From an uncultured Lachnospiraceae bacterium (GTDB taxonomy: Bacteria > Bacillota > Clostridia > Lachnospirales > Lachnospiraceae), in contig CAYVCL010000002.1 in NCBI GenBank assembly GCA_964450185.1, forward strand, positions 8,482 through 72,481: a stretch of DNA of 64,000 bases, given 5' to 3'. Position 1 is the first letter of the stretch. Every line of letters begins with the position of its first letter. The notes beneath the pieces are model-generated. The model was not told where the DNA came from. It made no database searches and worked only from the letters and a program-made list of their open reading frames with translations. Positions 37,237-48,400 of this stretch are shown here, piece after piece. The position numbers were made by a program, and so were the translations under genes.

Positions 37237-40020
37237 TTATTGCCCGACTGGTAATCCTGTAGACTGGTCAATCACGCCACCGTCGGCACCCATATCATCA
37301 GAAGGTAACACTGCTTCTGTTGTCTGCCCCGTCTGAGTTTGCTGGGTTTCTGTTCCCGTCTGAGTTCCCGGCACCTGCGTCTGGGTTCCCGGCACTTCCG
37401 TCTGATTCTGGTTTGTGGTTACGGTACCATTATTTACCGTACCAGTACCTCCGTGAAGTGGACAACCTGCCGCAATGGCATCCGCTGAAATTTCATACGG
37501 AGAATCTGCTGTAGCACTTGCATAGCGGCTTCCATCTGCTCTTGTCACATAACTGCTGTCTGGTCTTATAATAAATACTTGTGACGATTGCTGGATAAAT
37601 GGACAATTTTCACCTGCAAATGCCCCTGACATAGCACAAATATTTACTCGAACATGTGTATCGCAATATTCTGTAGGAACGGTTCCCTCTGCAAAAATTT
37701 CTGTAATAACCTGACTTCCTCTTGGATCGCAGTCACATAAACCGGAACGCGCCAACTTACCAGACTTCTTACATACAGAAGCTGTCACGATTCCATCCGG
37801 TTTTTCAAAATCTTTTTCTTCCAGATTTTCGTGAACTCTGGTCATTATGTTTTTCCAAATCTTCTTATGGAAATTCTTTTCATCTCCCTCTAAGGAAAGA
37901 TTGTTATCATAACCAGCCCATACTGTTGCTGTATAATATGGTGTGTATCCTGCAAACCATACGTCTTTATTGCTGGATGTGGTACCTGTTTTACCTGCCA
38001 CATGCTGACCGCTGACAGCACATGCTCCACCGGTTCCTTTGGTTACTACATCTTCCATGGCATCTGTTAAAAGATATGCTGTGGTGGGCTTAATAACCTG
38101 TGTTGTCTGTGGTATATTTTCTAATAATACTTTGCCATCCTTGTCCAGAATCTTGGTGTAATAAATTGGTTTAATATATGTTCCACCGTTGGCAATGGCT
38201 GCATAAGCTGCATTTAATTCAATATTTTTAATACCATCGGTAATACCGCCCAATGCCAATGCCTGAATTACATCCGATTCCACGCCACCACTTGCATTTA
38301 CTCTACGTTCTACCAAAGTAGTAAATCCAAAGTTTTTCAAATAATTAAATCCAAGCTGTGGTGTAATGTCTGTTATTGTCTTAACTGCTACAATATTTAA
38401 AGACTGTTCAATACCATAACGAATGGTACATAATCCTTTGTATCCTGAACTATACCAGTTACTTACTTTACGTCCGTTGCTGTAATAGTATTCTGTATCA
38501 TCCTGTACCGTTGCCAGTGTCATGCCTGCACTGTCTAATGCCGGTGCATAAGCTGCCAACACCTTAAAAGTAGACCCCGGCTGACGCACTGTATTTGTCG
38601 CTCTGTTTAAAGTAAGACTTGCTTCCTTAGTTCCTCGTCCACCTACCAATGCTTTTACATATCCTGTGGACTGATCCATAATTGTGAAAGAACACTGTGG
38701 CTGCGGTGTAATTGTAACCTTTTCACCAATAACTTCATCACCGGCTCCCACATTTGCTGCCTTATATTTTTCCACATAAGATCTTGCTGTTTCTTCATCA
38801 CTAAATACTAAATCAAAGTCACTGCCTTCGATTTCTTTAAAATAGCTTTCTAACATTTCCTTACTATGGTTAACAATTTCACCATCGGCTGTTTTTACTG
38901 ACAATTCATAAGAAAGTGCCACCTTTGTTCCGGAAGGGTAATTGTCCATATTTGCAAATTCTTCATCGCAGATTTTCTGAATTTCTGCATCCTGAGCAGT
39001 ATAAATTTTCAAACCGCCACTGTACAATGCATAATATGCCTGTGTAGATGTGTAACCTAACTGTTCCTGTAAATCTTTCATTACTTCTTCTGTAAGCTCA
39101 TCCACGTAATAGCTGTAAATCTTTGTTTCTTCTGTATCAGAATTTACAATCTGTATTCTTCCATAGACATCATCATTCATTGCACTTTCATATTCCTGTT
39201 CCGTAATGTAGCCCTGTTCCTTCATATTATCCAATACTTTTTTTCTTCTCTCCGCATTGTACTCCGGATGAGAAATTGGATTATATTTGGATGGGTTCTG
39301 AGTAATGGCTGCTATAACTGCACATTCTGAAATATTAAGTTCTGAAACATCTTTATTAAAGTATCTCTTAGATGCAGCCTGAACTCCCAATGTATTTTGT
39401 CCCAGGTTAATGGTATTCAAGTAATTTTCCATTACTTCTTCTTTGCTCATAACCTTACTTAATTCTATCGCAAGGTACTGTTCCTGAATCTTTCTTTTTA
39501 CCTTTTCAATGTTGGATTCCCCATTCACCCATTCCGTAAATACATTATTTTTAATCAACTGCTGAGTGATCGTACTTGCACCTTCTGAGAAGTGGAATCC
39601 GTTTGTAACTCCCTTTACTCCGGCTCTGATAATTCCCTTCACGTCAATTCCATTATGTTCATAAAAACGCTCGTCCTCAATCGCCACAAAAGCATTCTGA
39701 AGATTTTTCGGCACTTTATCGATAGATACCGGAATACGATTAGAATTTTGTGCCACCAGTTTTACAATTTCATTTCCTTCCTGGTCGTACACAAAGGTCG
39801 AATATCCGGTTGGAACTACATTGATTTCTGAAATATCAGGTGCACTGTCGATTATTCCATTTACGACTCCAAAGCCGGCAAATATTGCAAACACAATAAC
39901 TGCTACAAAGCAGATTAATGTTGTCTTAAAAAAAGTCAAAAAGAATTTCTTTCCAACCCTTGCCTTCTTTGATGCAATTGCCTTTTGCTTTTTGGAAGTC
40001 TTATTTTTACCGTAATTCAT
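37237..40020 (-). CDS. Bifunctional class A penicillin-binding protein (PBP1A type)
   Basis: 927 aa with an N-terminal TM, glycosyltransferase-51 motifs (AIEDERFYEHNGID, GASTITQQL, RKIQE), and transpeptidase motifs STFK (GSTFKV) and KTG (AGKTGTT). The C-terminal tail is low-complexity and T/Q-rich. Confidence 0.92.
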   Translation of the reverse strand: MNYGKNKTSKKQKAIASKKARVGKKFFLTFFKTTLICFVAVIVFAIFAGFGVVNGIIDSAPDISEINVVPTGYSTFVYDQEGNEIVKLVAQNSNRIPVSIDKVPKNLQNAFVAIEDERFYEHNGIDVKGIIRAGVKGVTNGFHFSEGASTITQQLIKNNVFTEWVNGESNIEKVKRKIQEQYLAIELSKVMSKEEVMENYLNTINLGQNTLGVQAASKRYFNKDVSELNISECAVIAAITQNPSKYNPISHPEYNAERRKKVLDNMKEQGYITEQEYESAMNDDVYGRIQIVNSDTEETKIYSYYVDELTEEVMKDLQEQLGYTSTQAYYALYSGGLKIYTAQDAEIQKICDEEFANMDNYPSGTKVALSYELSVKTADGEIVNHSKEMLESYFKEIEGSDFDLVFSDEETARSYVEKYKAANVGAGDEVIGEKVTITPQPQCSFTIMDQSTGYVKALVGGRGTKEASLTLNRATNTVRQPGSTFKVLAAYAPALDSAGMTLATVQDDTEYYYSNGRKVSNWYSSGYKGLCTIRYGIEQSLNIVAVKTITDITPQLGFNYLKNFGFTTLVERRVNASGGVESDVIQALALGGITDGIKNIELNAAYAAIANGGTYIKPIYYTKILDKDGKVLLENIPQTTQVIKPTTAYLLTDAMEDVVTKGTGGACAVSGQHVAGKTGTTSSNKDVWFAGYTPYYTATVWAGYDNNLSLEGDEKNFHKKIWKNIMTRVHENLEEKDFEKPDGIVTASVCKKSGKLARSGLCDCDPRGSQVITEIFAEGTVPTEYCDTHVRVNICAMSGAFAGENCPFIQQSSQVFIIRPDSSYVTRADGSRYASATADSPYEISADAIAAGCPLHGGTGTVNNGTVTTNQNQTEVPGTQTQVPGTQTGTETQQTQTGQTTEAVLPSDDMGADGGVIDQSTGLPVGQ

Positions 40021-40259
40021 TGACTTGCCTCCTTATTTTGGTTACACCAAGAAACATTATAACAAAGATATTATCTTTTATAAAGCAAAATTCACAATTT
40101 TTTAAAGAACTTTAAGAATTTAGATTTATCTTGTCGCTTTTTTCCTTTAAATTTCAGGTGGTTATTAATATTTTTTTTCATTAGTTTATGTTTTGTTGCT
40201 TTCTTTATTCTACTTTGCTAAAATATTTTCAAATGTTTTTAGTAAAGGAAGGAACTTTT

Positions 40260-40916
40260 ATGCATATCAAAATTATTACGATTCCATCGACACTCAACTA
40301 TTCCCATCTGCTTTCCTATCTCCCACTTATATCTAAGGCTCGCCAAGAAAAAATTTCAAATTACCAACATGAACCCTCCAAAATTACGTCCCTATTGAGT
40401 GAACTTCTTATTCGATATACTATATGTCATCAACTACACCTAAAAAATACTGATATTACCTTTTTTACAAACTCCTATAGAAAACTTTTTTTACAGAATG
40501 TATCAAACTTTCAATTTTCATTATCTCATTCTCAAAATGGAATTGCCTTTGCTTTCCATCATCTTTCTATGCCTATAGGTATTGATATAGAAGAAATTTC
40601 GGCACCTCATTTTGATATTGCCAAACGTTTCTTTACCCAATCTGAAAATGATTATATCCATTCTCATCAAAACCCTACCGAAGCCTTTTATGAAATATGG
40701 ACCCAAAAAGAAGCTTATGTGAAAATGAAAGGAACCGGTTTCATTAACATTTCTCCATCTGATTTTGATGTCACCACACCTAAAAAAAAGCCCCTACTTT
40801 TCACACAAAAAGTAGGAACTTTTATGGTATCTTTGTGTCGTGAAGAAGCCATTACAGCCAAACCTGACATCGAAATGCTTTCCCTCCATCAGATACTTAC
40901 ATTTTTTACTGTTTAA
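40260..40916 (+). CDS. Sfp-type 4'-phosphopantetheinyl transferase
   Basis: Motifs GIDIEE and WTQKEAYVKMKG. ATG 40260 (AAAGGAAGG upstream) preferred over 40188. Its 3' end overlaps the convergent thioesterase gene by 11 nt. Confidence 0.85.
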   Translation: MHIKIITIPSTLNYSHLLSYLPLISKARQEKISNYQHEPSKITSLLSELLIRYTICHQLHLKNTDITFFTNSYRKLFLQNVSNFQFSLSHSQNGIAFAFHHLSMPIGIDIEEISAPHFDIAKRFFTQSENDYIHSHQNPTEAFYEIWTQKEAYVKMKGTGFINISPSDFDVTTPKKKPLLFTQKVGTFMVSLCREEAITAKPDIEMLSLHQILTFFTV

Positions 40917-41628
40917 CTTCATTTCTTTCTATTGTGGTTTGAATGATATTTAACATTTTTTCCTGATTTTCAAATTCCTCAAATAAAAAGAAGTGTCCAC
41001 CGTTTAATTCATGAAAAATCATTTTTTCTCCATACAGTTTTTTCCAATCCTCCATCTCTTTTTGAGGATACACCTCATTGCTACCACGAACAACAACTGC
41101 AGCACCTGAAATTGTCGGAATCTCTGTATCTGCCTTATAATGCTCAATCGCACTATAATCATTTACTACAATCTGTTTCATTAATTTCATCATTTCTTCA
41201 CATTCAAGAATTTCCTCCGGCGTCCCACCCATCTGAGTCAACAATTCTTTCACCTGCTCTACTGTCATGTTTTCACATTCCGTAAATTCCGGTTCTGTCC
41301 CAGGTGGTTCACTTGCAAGAAAAAAAACTGCTTCCGGCAAACGTTTTTTTTCCTTTTCTATCACTTTTAATAATTCATAGCAAACCAAACTTCCCATACT
41401 ATATCCTAATAAGCAATAGGCTTCCTCCAATTGTTCCTTCATGCTTCTATAAGCCTCCAATGCCATTTCTTCTATGCGATTTAATAATGGTTCCATAAAA
41501 CGAGCTCCATGTCCCGGATATTCGTATGGTATAATCTCAAACTCAGTTTCTACATTTTTACTCCATTCATAGAAAACATTTGCATTTCCCACAGCATACG
41601 GAAATGCAAAAATCTTTATTCTACTCAT
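40906..41628 (-). CDS. Type II (editing) thioesterase
   Basis: 240 aa alpha/beta hydrolase with the nucleophile elbow GYSMGS and C-terminal NGGHFF. ATGA overlap with the upstream gene. Confidence 0.85.
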   Translation of the reverse strand: MSRIKIFAFPYAVGNANVFYEWSKNVETEFEIIPYEYPGHGARFMEPLLNRIEEMALEAYRSMKEQLEEAYCLLGYSMGSLVCYELLKVIEKEKKRLPEAVFFLASEPPGTEPEFTECENMTVEQVKELLTQMGGTPEEILECEEMMKLMKQIVVNDYSAIEHYKADTEIPTISGAAVVVRGSNEVYPQKEMEDWKKLYGEKMIFHELNGGHFFLFEEFENQEKMLNIIQTTIERNEVKQ

Positions 41629-42407
41629 AAAATGGAAATGGCATAGATGATTGCCATTATTGTACCTGCTGCGACCATAACAATTCCTGTAATGCGGTTC
41701 ACCTTTACGGAATCTGTTCTATTAGCGTATCTCGAAGACCAAACTGCACCAATAGCTGTAAAAATAATACACAAAATCAACACCGGCCAACTGGCTACTT
41801 TACTTACGGTAAAGTGTGTAATTGCTCCTAATAATGCTGTAAATGTCATAATAAACACACTGGTTCCGACTGCCTTTTTCAGACTGTATCCCATAAAGAT
41901 AGTTAATGCAATTAGCATATTCATACCTCCACCAGAACCTGTAATTCCACAAATCAACCCAATCCAGATTCCCGAACCTACCGCCATAATAATGTTCCAC
42001 ACTTTCGAACGATTTTTATTTCGTTCACTTTCCTCTGAGGATGGTTTAATAATAAATTTTAAACCCATTAGAATTAATAAATAAATGGACACATTTCCCA
42101 TCACGGTTTGTGGAAAAAAAGAAGCGATATAACTACCAATTAAAGTTGCTGCCAAAACTGCTATCATCATATAAATACTATTTTTAATATCAATGTTCTT
42201 CTGCTTATGATAAATAATTGCTGAAAATGCGGAGGCAAGCACATCAGAAGCAAGGGCAATTCCTACCGCATCATATGGTGAAATTCCTAAAAAAGTAATT
42301 AGGAACGGACTAATAATAACTGCCGCTGACAGTCCAGCAAATCCTGTTACAACACCGGCTCCAAGACCTGCTACTGCACACACTATAAGTATTGTTAACA
42401 TTTTCAT
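41625..42407 (-). CDS. TSUP (TauE/SafE) family membrane permease
   Basis: 260 aa with 7-8 TM segments and internally duplicated halves with G-rich helices (GLGAGVVTGFAGLSAAV / GITGSGGGMNM). Lies between NRPS-B and the thioesterase. Confidence 0.7.
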   Translation of the reverse strand: MKMLTILIVCAVAGLGAGVVTGFAGLSAAVIISPFLITFLGISPYDAVGIALASDVLASAFSAIIYHKQKNIDIKNSIYMMIAVLAATLIGSYIASFFPQTVMGNVSIYLLILMGLKFIIKPSSEESERNKNRSKVWNIIMAVGSGIWIGLICGITGSGGGMNMLIALTIFMGYSLKKAVGTSVFIMTFTALLGAITHFTVSKVASWPVLILCIIFTAIGAVWSSRYANRTDSVKVNRITGIVMVAAGTIMAIIYAISIL

Positions 42408-42413
42408 TTACTC

Positions 42414-45400
42414 CTATTCTTTATAACCTAATACTACTAATACATCTTCTATCTGTTTCTTCGTAACCTTTGGCCATTCAAAACCCAATCGCGTTAATAT
42501 TGCACAAGTTTTATCATTCTTATATTGATATGCAAGTGTCTGCTTAATTTCTCCATCTGCCATTGTTAAAGTTAAAAGATGTGACATATCGTTGCTTAAT
42601 TCTTTCAAATGTCCGAATACATATTCAAAAAATGCTTTTATTTCCATGATATTTACATTCATTTCGTTTTCTCTGCAATACTGTGCGAAACGTCCTAAAC
42701 TCATACGGTCTGAATTAAAAATATGATAAATATGACCTTTTTCTTTTACTTTCATAAGTGCAAATACTGCCTTCGCCGCATAATCAACATAGGTCATATC
42801 GAACATTTCTCCCCTCATGTCGGGTACGTGTCCGATACGCAATATAGTTTCTAACATTTGGAATAAGGCATTTTCTTCCGCATTCATCTGAAAAATTCCT
42901 CTTTCGTAGCTTTGTACCAAAAATCCCAAACGGAAAATTTTTACCCTCTTTCCACTTTGTTGCATTTTTTCCACAATTTCTTCTGCATTAATTTTGGATT
43001 GAATATAAAAATTATCTGATTTTTCTCCAACACTGGTGTAATCTTCCGTGTATGCAACATCCGACTCGTTTCTTCCTAAAGTATATCCTGCCGACAAGGT
43101 AGAAATAAATATAAATTGTTTTTCTCGCCCTTGTTCCATAAGCTCTGCAACATGCTTTGTTCCCTGAATATTTATTTTTTCAAATACGGACCATAAACCA
43201 TAATGTTTCACAAGCGTTGCTGCATGAATGATACAATCTACCTTCTCACCGAGCCATTGATACGTTTCTTCTTTCATACCCATCCGTTCATCCGAAACAT
43301 CTCCCTCAAGCACTGTAATACGATGCTTAAATTCTTGATACAAATTTCTTTCCGGAACATAAAATTTCAAAGCATTTTCAAAGCGTTCTTCTACTGTTTC
43401 TTCTGTTTTAGTTGCACGTATCAAAGTTGTTACTTTTGCATTGGTTTGCAATAAAATTTCCACAATTAAATGTGCTGCAAAAAATCCGGCTCCTCCGGTA
43501 ATAAAATAATGTTCAAAGTCATCTGTCTGTTGGAATGAAGGAGCTTGATATTTCATCTTATATTTCTCATATGCTTCTGTAAAATATGCCGTAGCCTGAT
43601 AAGATTCCATCATTTCTACCCATTCTTCTAATCTTTGGGCATTTTTCAAATCCATATTTTCACTAAAAACTGCCACTTTTGCTATTTGTTCAATTGTATT
43701 ATATCGGAAAATATCCGGTAATTGAATTTTTAATCCTTGCTTTTCTGCCATAGAAATGAATTTCATTCCTTTGATGGAGTTTCCGCCAAGTTCAAAGAAA
43801 TTTTGTCTGACACCTATATTTTCTCTTTCCAAAACCTGTTGCCAAATCTGTAAAATCAGATTTTCTTTTTCATTCTCCGGCTGCATATATCTGGTATCCT
43901 CTTCCACTTTTACCATTGGAAGTGCCTTTCTATCTACCTTTCCATTGACACTTAATGGAAACTGTTCCAATTTTACAAACGCCGATGGTATCATATATAC
44001 TGGAAGCGTCTTTTCTAGTCGCCCCTTTAATTTTTGTAAATCAACACTATCTTTTGCTCTTTCTGTATAGAATAACACTAAACAAGTATCCGCCTTCTCC
44101 TGTTTTTGCACAACAACAACCGCATCCTTAACTGTTTCTTCTTCGGTTGCTTTTGCTTCGATTTCTCCTATTTCAATACGAAATCCCCTGATTTTTACCT
44201 GACCGTCTATTCTGCCTGTAAATTCAATGTATTCTCCATGAAATATTCCTGTATCACCGGTTCGATATATACGACCATAATCCGGATGCTCTACAAATAC
44301 TTCTTGTGTTTTTTCCATATCGTTGATATATTCTTTTGCAATGCCAATACCCCCAATGCAAATTTCTCCACGTACACCGTTTGGACATAATTGCATTTGT
44401 TCGTCCATAACATATATTTGTTGATTCTTCAATGGCATACCATAAGGAATGCTTTTCCACTTTGCTTGTAAAGATTTAGGAATCGGATAATAAATAGACC
44501 AAATGGATGCCTCCGTAGCACCGCCCAAACTGGTTACATTAGCTTTTGAAAAATGTTTTCTTATCTGTTCCGGAAGTTTTAATGGAATCCAATCTCCACT
44601 AAGTAATATATTTTTTAAGGTATCATTTTTACAATCTTCCTGTATAGTCAAAAACATCTCTATTACAGCCGGAACCGAATTCCAAAATGTTACTTGTTCT
44701 TCTTTCAACAAGTGTGCAACTTCTTTTACATTTCTCTGTTCCTTTACCAATGCCAATTTTGCCCCTGTAGAAAATGCTCCAAAAATATCATACACAGATA
44801 AATCAAATCCAAATGATGACAACCCAATCAGACAATCGCTTTCTGTTACTTCAAATTTCTCATTAATATCTGCAACCGTATTGGCAGCTCCATTCTGAGT
44901 AATGACTACTCCTTTGGGCTGTCCTGTACTTCCCGAAGTAAAAATAACATACGCAACATCTTCCGGTCTTACATTTTCAGCCTGATAACTTCTGCAATTC
45001 TTTATTTCTACATCATTTAAAAAATCTTCTTTTATGACTAACCTACATTCACTATGCCGGATTATGTATTCCCTTCTTTCTTCCGGATACTCCATATTAA
45101 TTGGCACATATGCACAGCCATATTTCAATACCCCTACAATATAAATAAGTGTAGATATCTGTCGATGACCTTCTATTGCAATATATGATTTTTTTGGTAT
45201 TTTCTTTTCTTGTAATCTATATGCTACTTCATCTGATAAGCGTTCCAATTCATAATAAGTCAGCCTTTTATTATCTGCAACAACAGCTATATTTTCAGAA
45301 TATTTTGAAAATGCCTGTTTCATCATATCGTTTAATGTCAGTTGCTTCTTCTGGTATAACGCCTGTGCTTCTTCATAGGTATCATTATATTTCTGATATT

Positions 45401-48400
45401 GTTCTTTTACATATTCAGGTAATTGTATTTTTCCCTCTTCTTCTGTTCCAATACTATTTAACAATTCTATATATTGTTGAAACATTCCATCAATTTGTTC
45501 TTCTTCCCAAATTTCCATCGGATAATCCCACACAATAGATAGCATTCCGTTTTTTTCTGTTACCTGATTATCCAGATATACCTGTGGCGTTCGGGAGATA
45601 GAATAAGTTTCTTCCAATAATGAATATTTCACTTTTTCATCTTCTGAATATAATGCACAGGTAAAAATATATGGCATTGCCGCTTTCGTTCCTAATGCAT
45701 ATTTATTTGAAATATCCCTTATAAATTCCACACCGCTGTAATTGCTATGCTCCAAAGTTTCCACCAATGTCTGATTCGTTTTCTCTACTTTGTCCCAGAA
45801 ATGTTTTTTCTCTCTAAAATCCATTTCTACTAACATAATTCTGGTAAAATCTCCAACCAACTCCGCAACCTGCGGGTTAAATGCATAACGATCAAACACG
45901 GTTAAATCTAATGCAAAGTGATTTTGTCCACTCCAATGCTCCAATATCACTCCATACGCTGTACACAAGATTGCTGCTGGTGTTACCTGATACTTAACTC
46001 CTAATCTTTTAATGGTTTCCCACTGTTTCTTTTCAAGGAGTATACTTTTTCTTTGAAATGTTGGTATTTTTCCTTTCACACTTTCTGTATCTACTACTAA
46101 AGCAGGGGCTAATGGAAATTCATCGATTTTTTGCTTCCAATACTGTTTATCTTCTTCATAAATCTCTGATTCTTTCAATTTCTCCATTGCCACGCAGTAA
46201 TCTCTAAAAGTAAATTCTGATTCCTTTACCTCCAACTGTGTATCTTGATAATAAGCCATCAATTCCCGTTCCACCATCAGCAAGCTGGCAGCATCTACAA
46301 CTAATATGTCAATTCCAAAACAAATTTTAACTCTTGTTTCACTTAAGCGATACGCTTCCATTCGAAACAATGGCCATTGTTCTAAGTCAAAAACCTCCTC
46401 TGACATTTCTTTACGAATACTCTTTAATATATTTTCCTGCTCCTTTTTTGATAACGTTGAAATGTCATGATATGGAATTTCATACTTCTCTACTGTTTTC
46501 AGAATTTTCTGAGAATTCCGACTTGATAATACCGTTCGTAACATTGCATGTTTTGCAATTACCTTATTGAGAGCCTCTTCCATTCTTTCAATTTCGACAT
46601 TACCATCCAACTCCGTATAATAATGTGTAGAAAATCCTCCTAATTCAAACTCTACACTTCTTCCCATAATGTATGCCTGCTGTATTTCATTACACTGGAA
46701 TTCTTCATACTTTTCCTTCGTGTTAGGTTTTACATATTTCAAATGTTCCGGCAACAGTCTTTTTTTACGAATTCCGGTTCCATCATCAGCGTCAATCATG
46801 GCACTTAATGCTTTGATTGTCTGATTTTGATACAGCTCTGAAAGACTAAAAAACAATCCCTTTCGCTCGCCTTGTGCCACCAATTTCATGCCTTTTATAG
46901 AATCTCCACCTAATACGAAGAAGCTTTCATTAACTCCTATTTCTTGCCTACCAAGCACCTCACTCCATAAGAGTAACATTCTTTCCTCTGTATATGTGGT
47001 TGCGCATTCTTTTCCTATATTATTCTGGGCCGCCATTATCTTCAACGAATTTTTATCTACCTTTCCGCTTTCTTTCATCGGAAATTCATCTAATCGAATC
47101 AATACTGTTGGTATCATATATTCCGGCAATAAACATTGTAATTTTTCTAGTATCTTTTGTTGTGACTGTTGCTTTGAGGAAATATAGAATGCCCCCATAC
47201 TCTTATCACCACTTGCTTCTGTCTGATATACGACTACTTCCGCAGCATCTATCTCCTCCATTCCATTCATCGCATTCTGAATTTCTTCCAACTCTATACG
47301 AAAGCCCCTTATTTTACATTGATTATCTTTTCTCCCAATAAAATACAGACTGCCATCTTCATCCTCCCAAACATAATCTCCTGTAGAATACAAACGTTCC
47401 TCTGAGATTTCCGGAATCCTTACAAACTTTTCATTGGTTAATTCTTCATTTCCAACATACTCTAATGCAACTCCCGCACCGCCAACATAAAGCTCTCCAG
47501 GCAGGTTTTTGCATTGAAGATTTCCAAAGCAATCCACAACATATCCCGAACTATTATCTAACCTTTTGCCAATAGGTAATGGATTGGTATCGTTTTCCTT
47601 TACTAAATGCCATGTAGAACACACTGTATTTTCTGTTGGTCCATATGCATTGATTATCATTGCTTCTTTATTTATCTGTGCAGCCCTTTTACCTGTTTCG
47701 AAAGAAAGAACATCTCCACCGGTAAATATGTATTTCATACCATCGAATATTTTTGCATTTTCTTGTACCATCTTAGTAAACAACGGTGTCGAAAAAAAGC
47801 CGGCTGTTATCTTTTCTTTTTTTATTATTTCTCTTAAACGTTTCAAATCCAACAGTTCTTCTTTTTCAACAATTCTTAAACTCCCTCCATGCAATAATGC
47901 TTCATACATTTCTAACGTTGAGGCATCGAATGCCGGTGTACTTGCCTTTATAAATTTATCTTCTGATGTAAGCTGCACCAATTCTTGCCCAAACACCAAC
48001 CGAATAATTCCTTTTTGAGAAATCAATACGGCTTTGGGTGTTCCGGTTGAACCAGAGGTACACATAATATACGCTGGTGCCTCTGCTGTGATTTCTACTT
48101 GTTTTGGCTTATTTTCACTAACCTGTAATTTTACTTCAAGAATTTGATAGTCTTCCAAATAATCCACACTACTCTTAGATACTGCCATAATACAGCCACT
48201 ATTTGGTATTACATTTAACATTTTTCTCACTCGTTCTTGTGGTGCTTTTGAATCTATCGGGAGATATACTCCTCCTACCTTTAAGACTGCTAAAATAGCC
48301 ACTACCATTTCTATCGAATTTTCGCCATGTAAAATTACTACATCACCCTTTTTTATACCACACTGCTGTAATGCATAAGCGTTAGTTTCTATATATTTTT

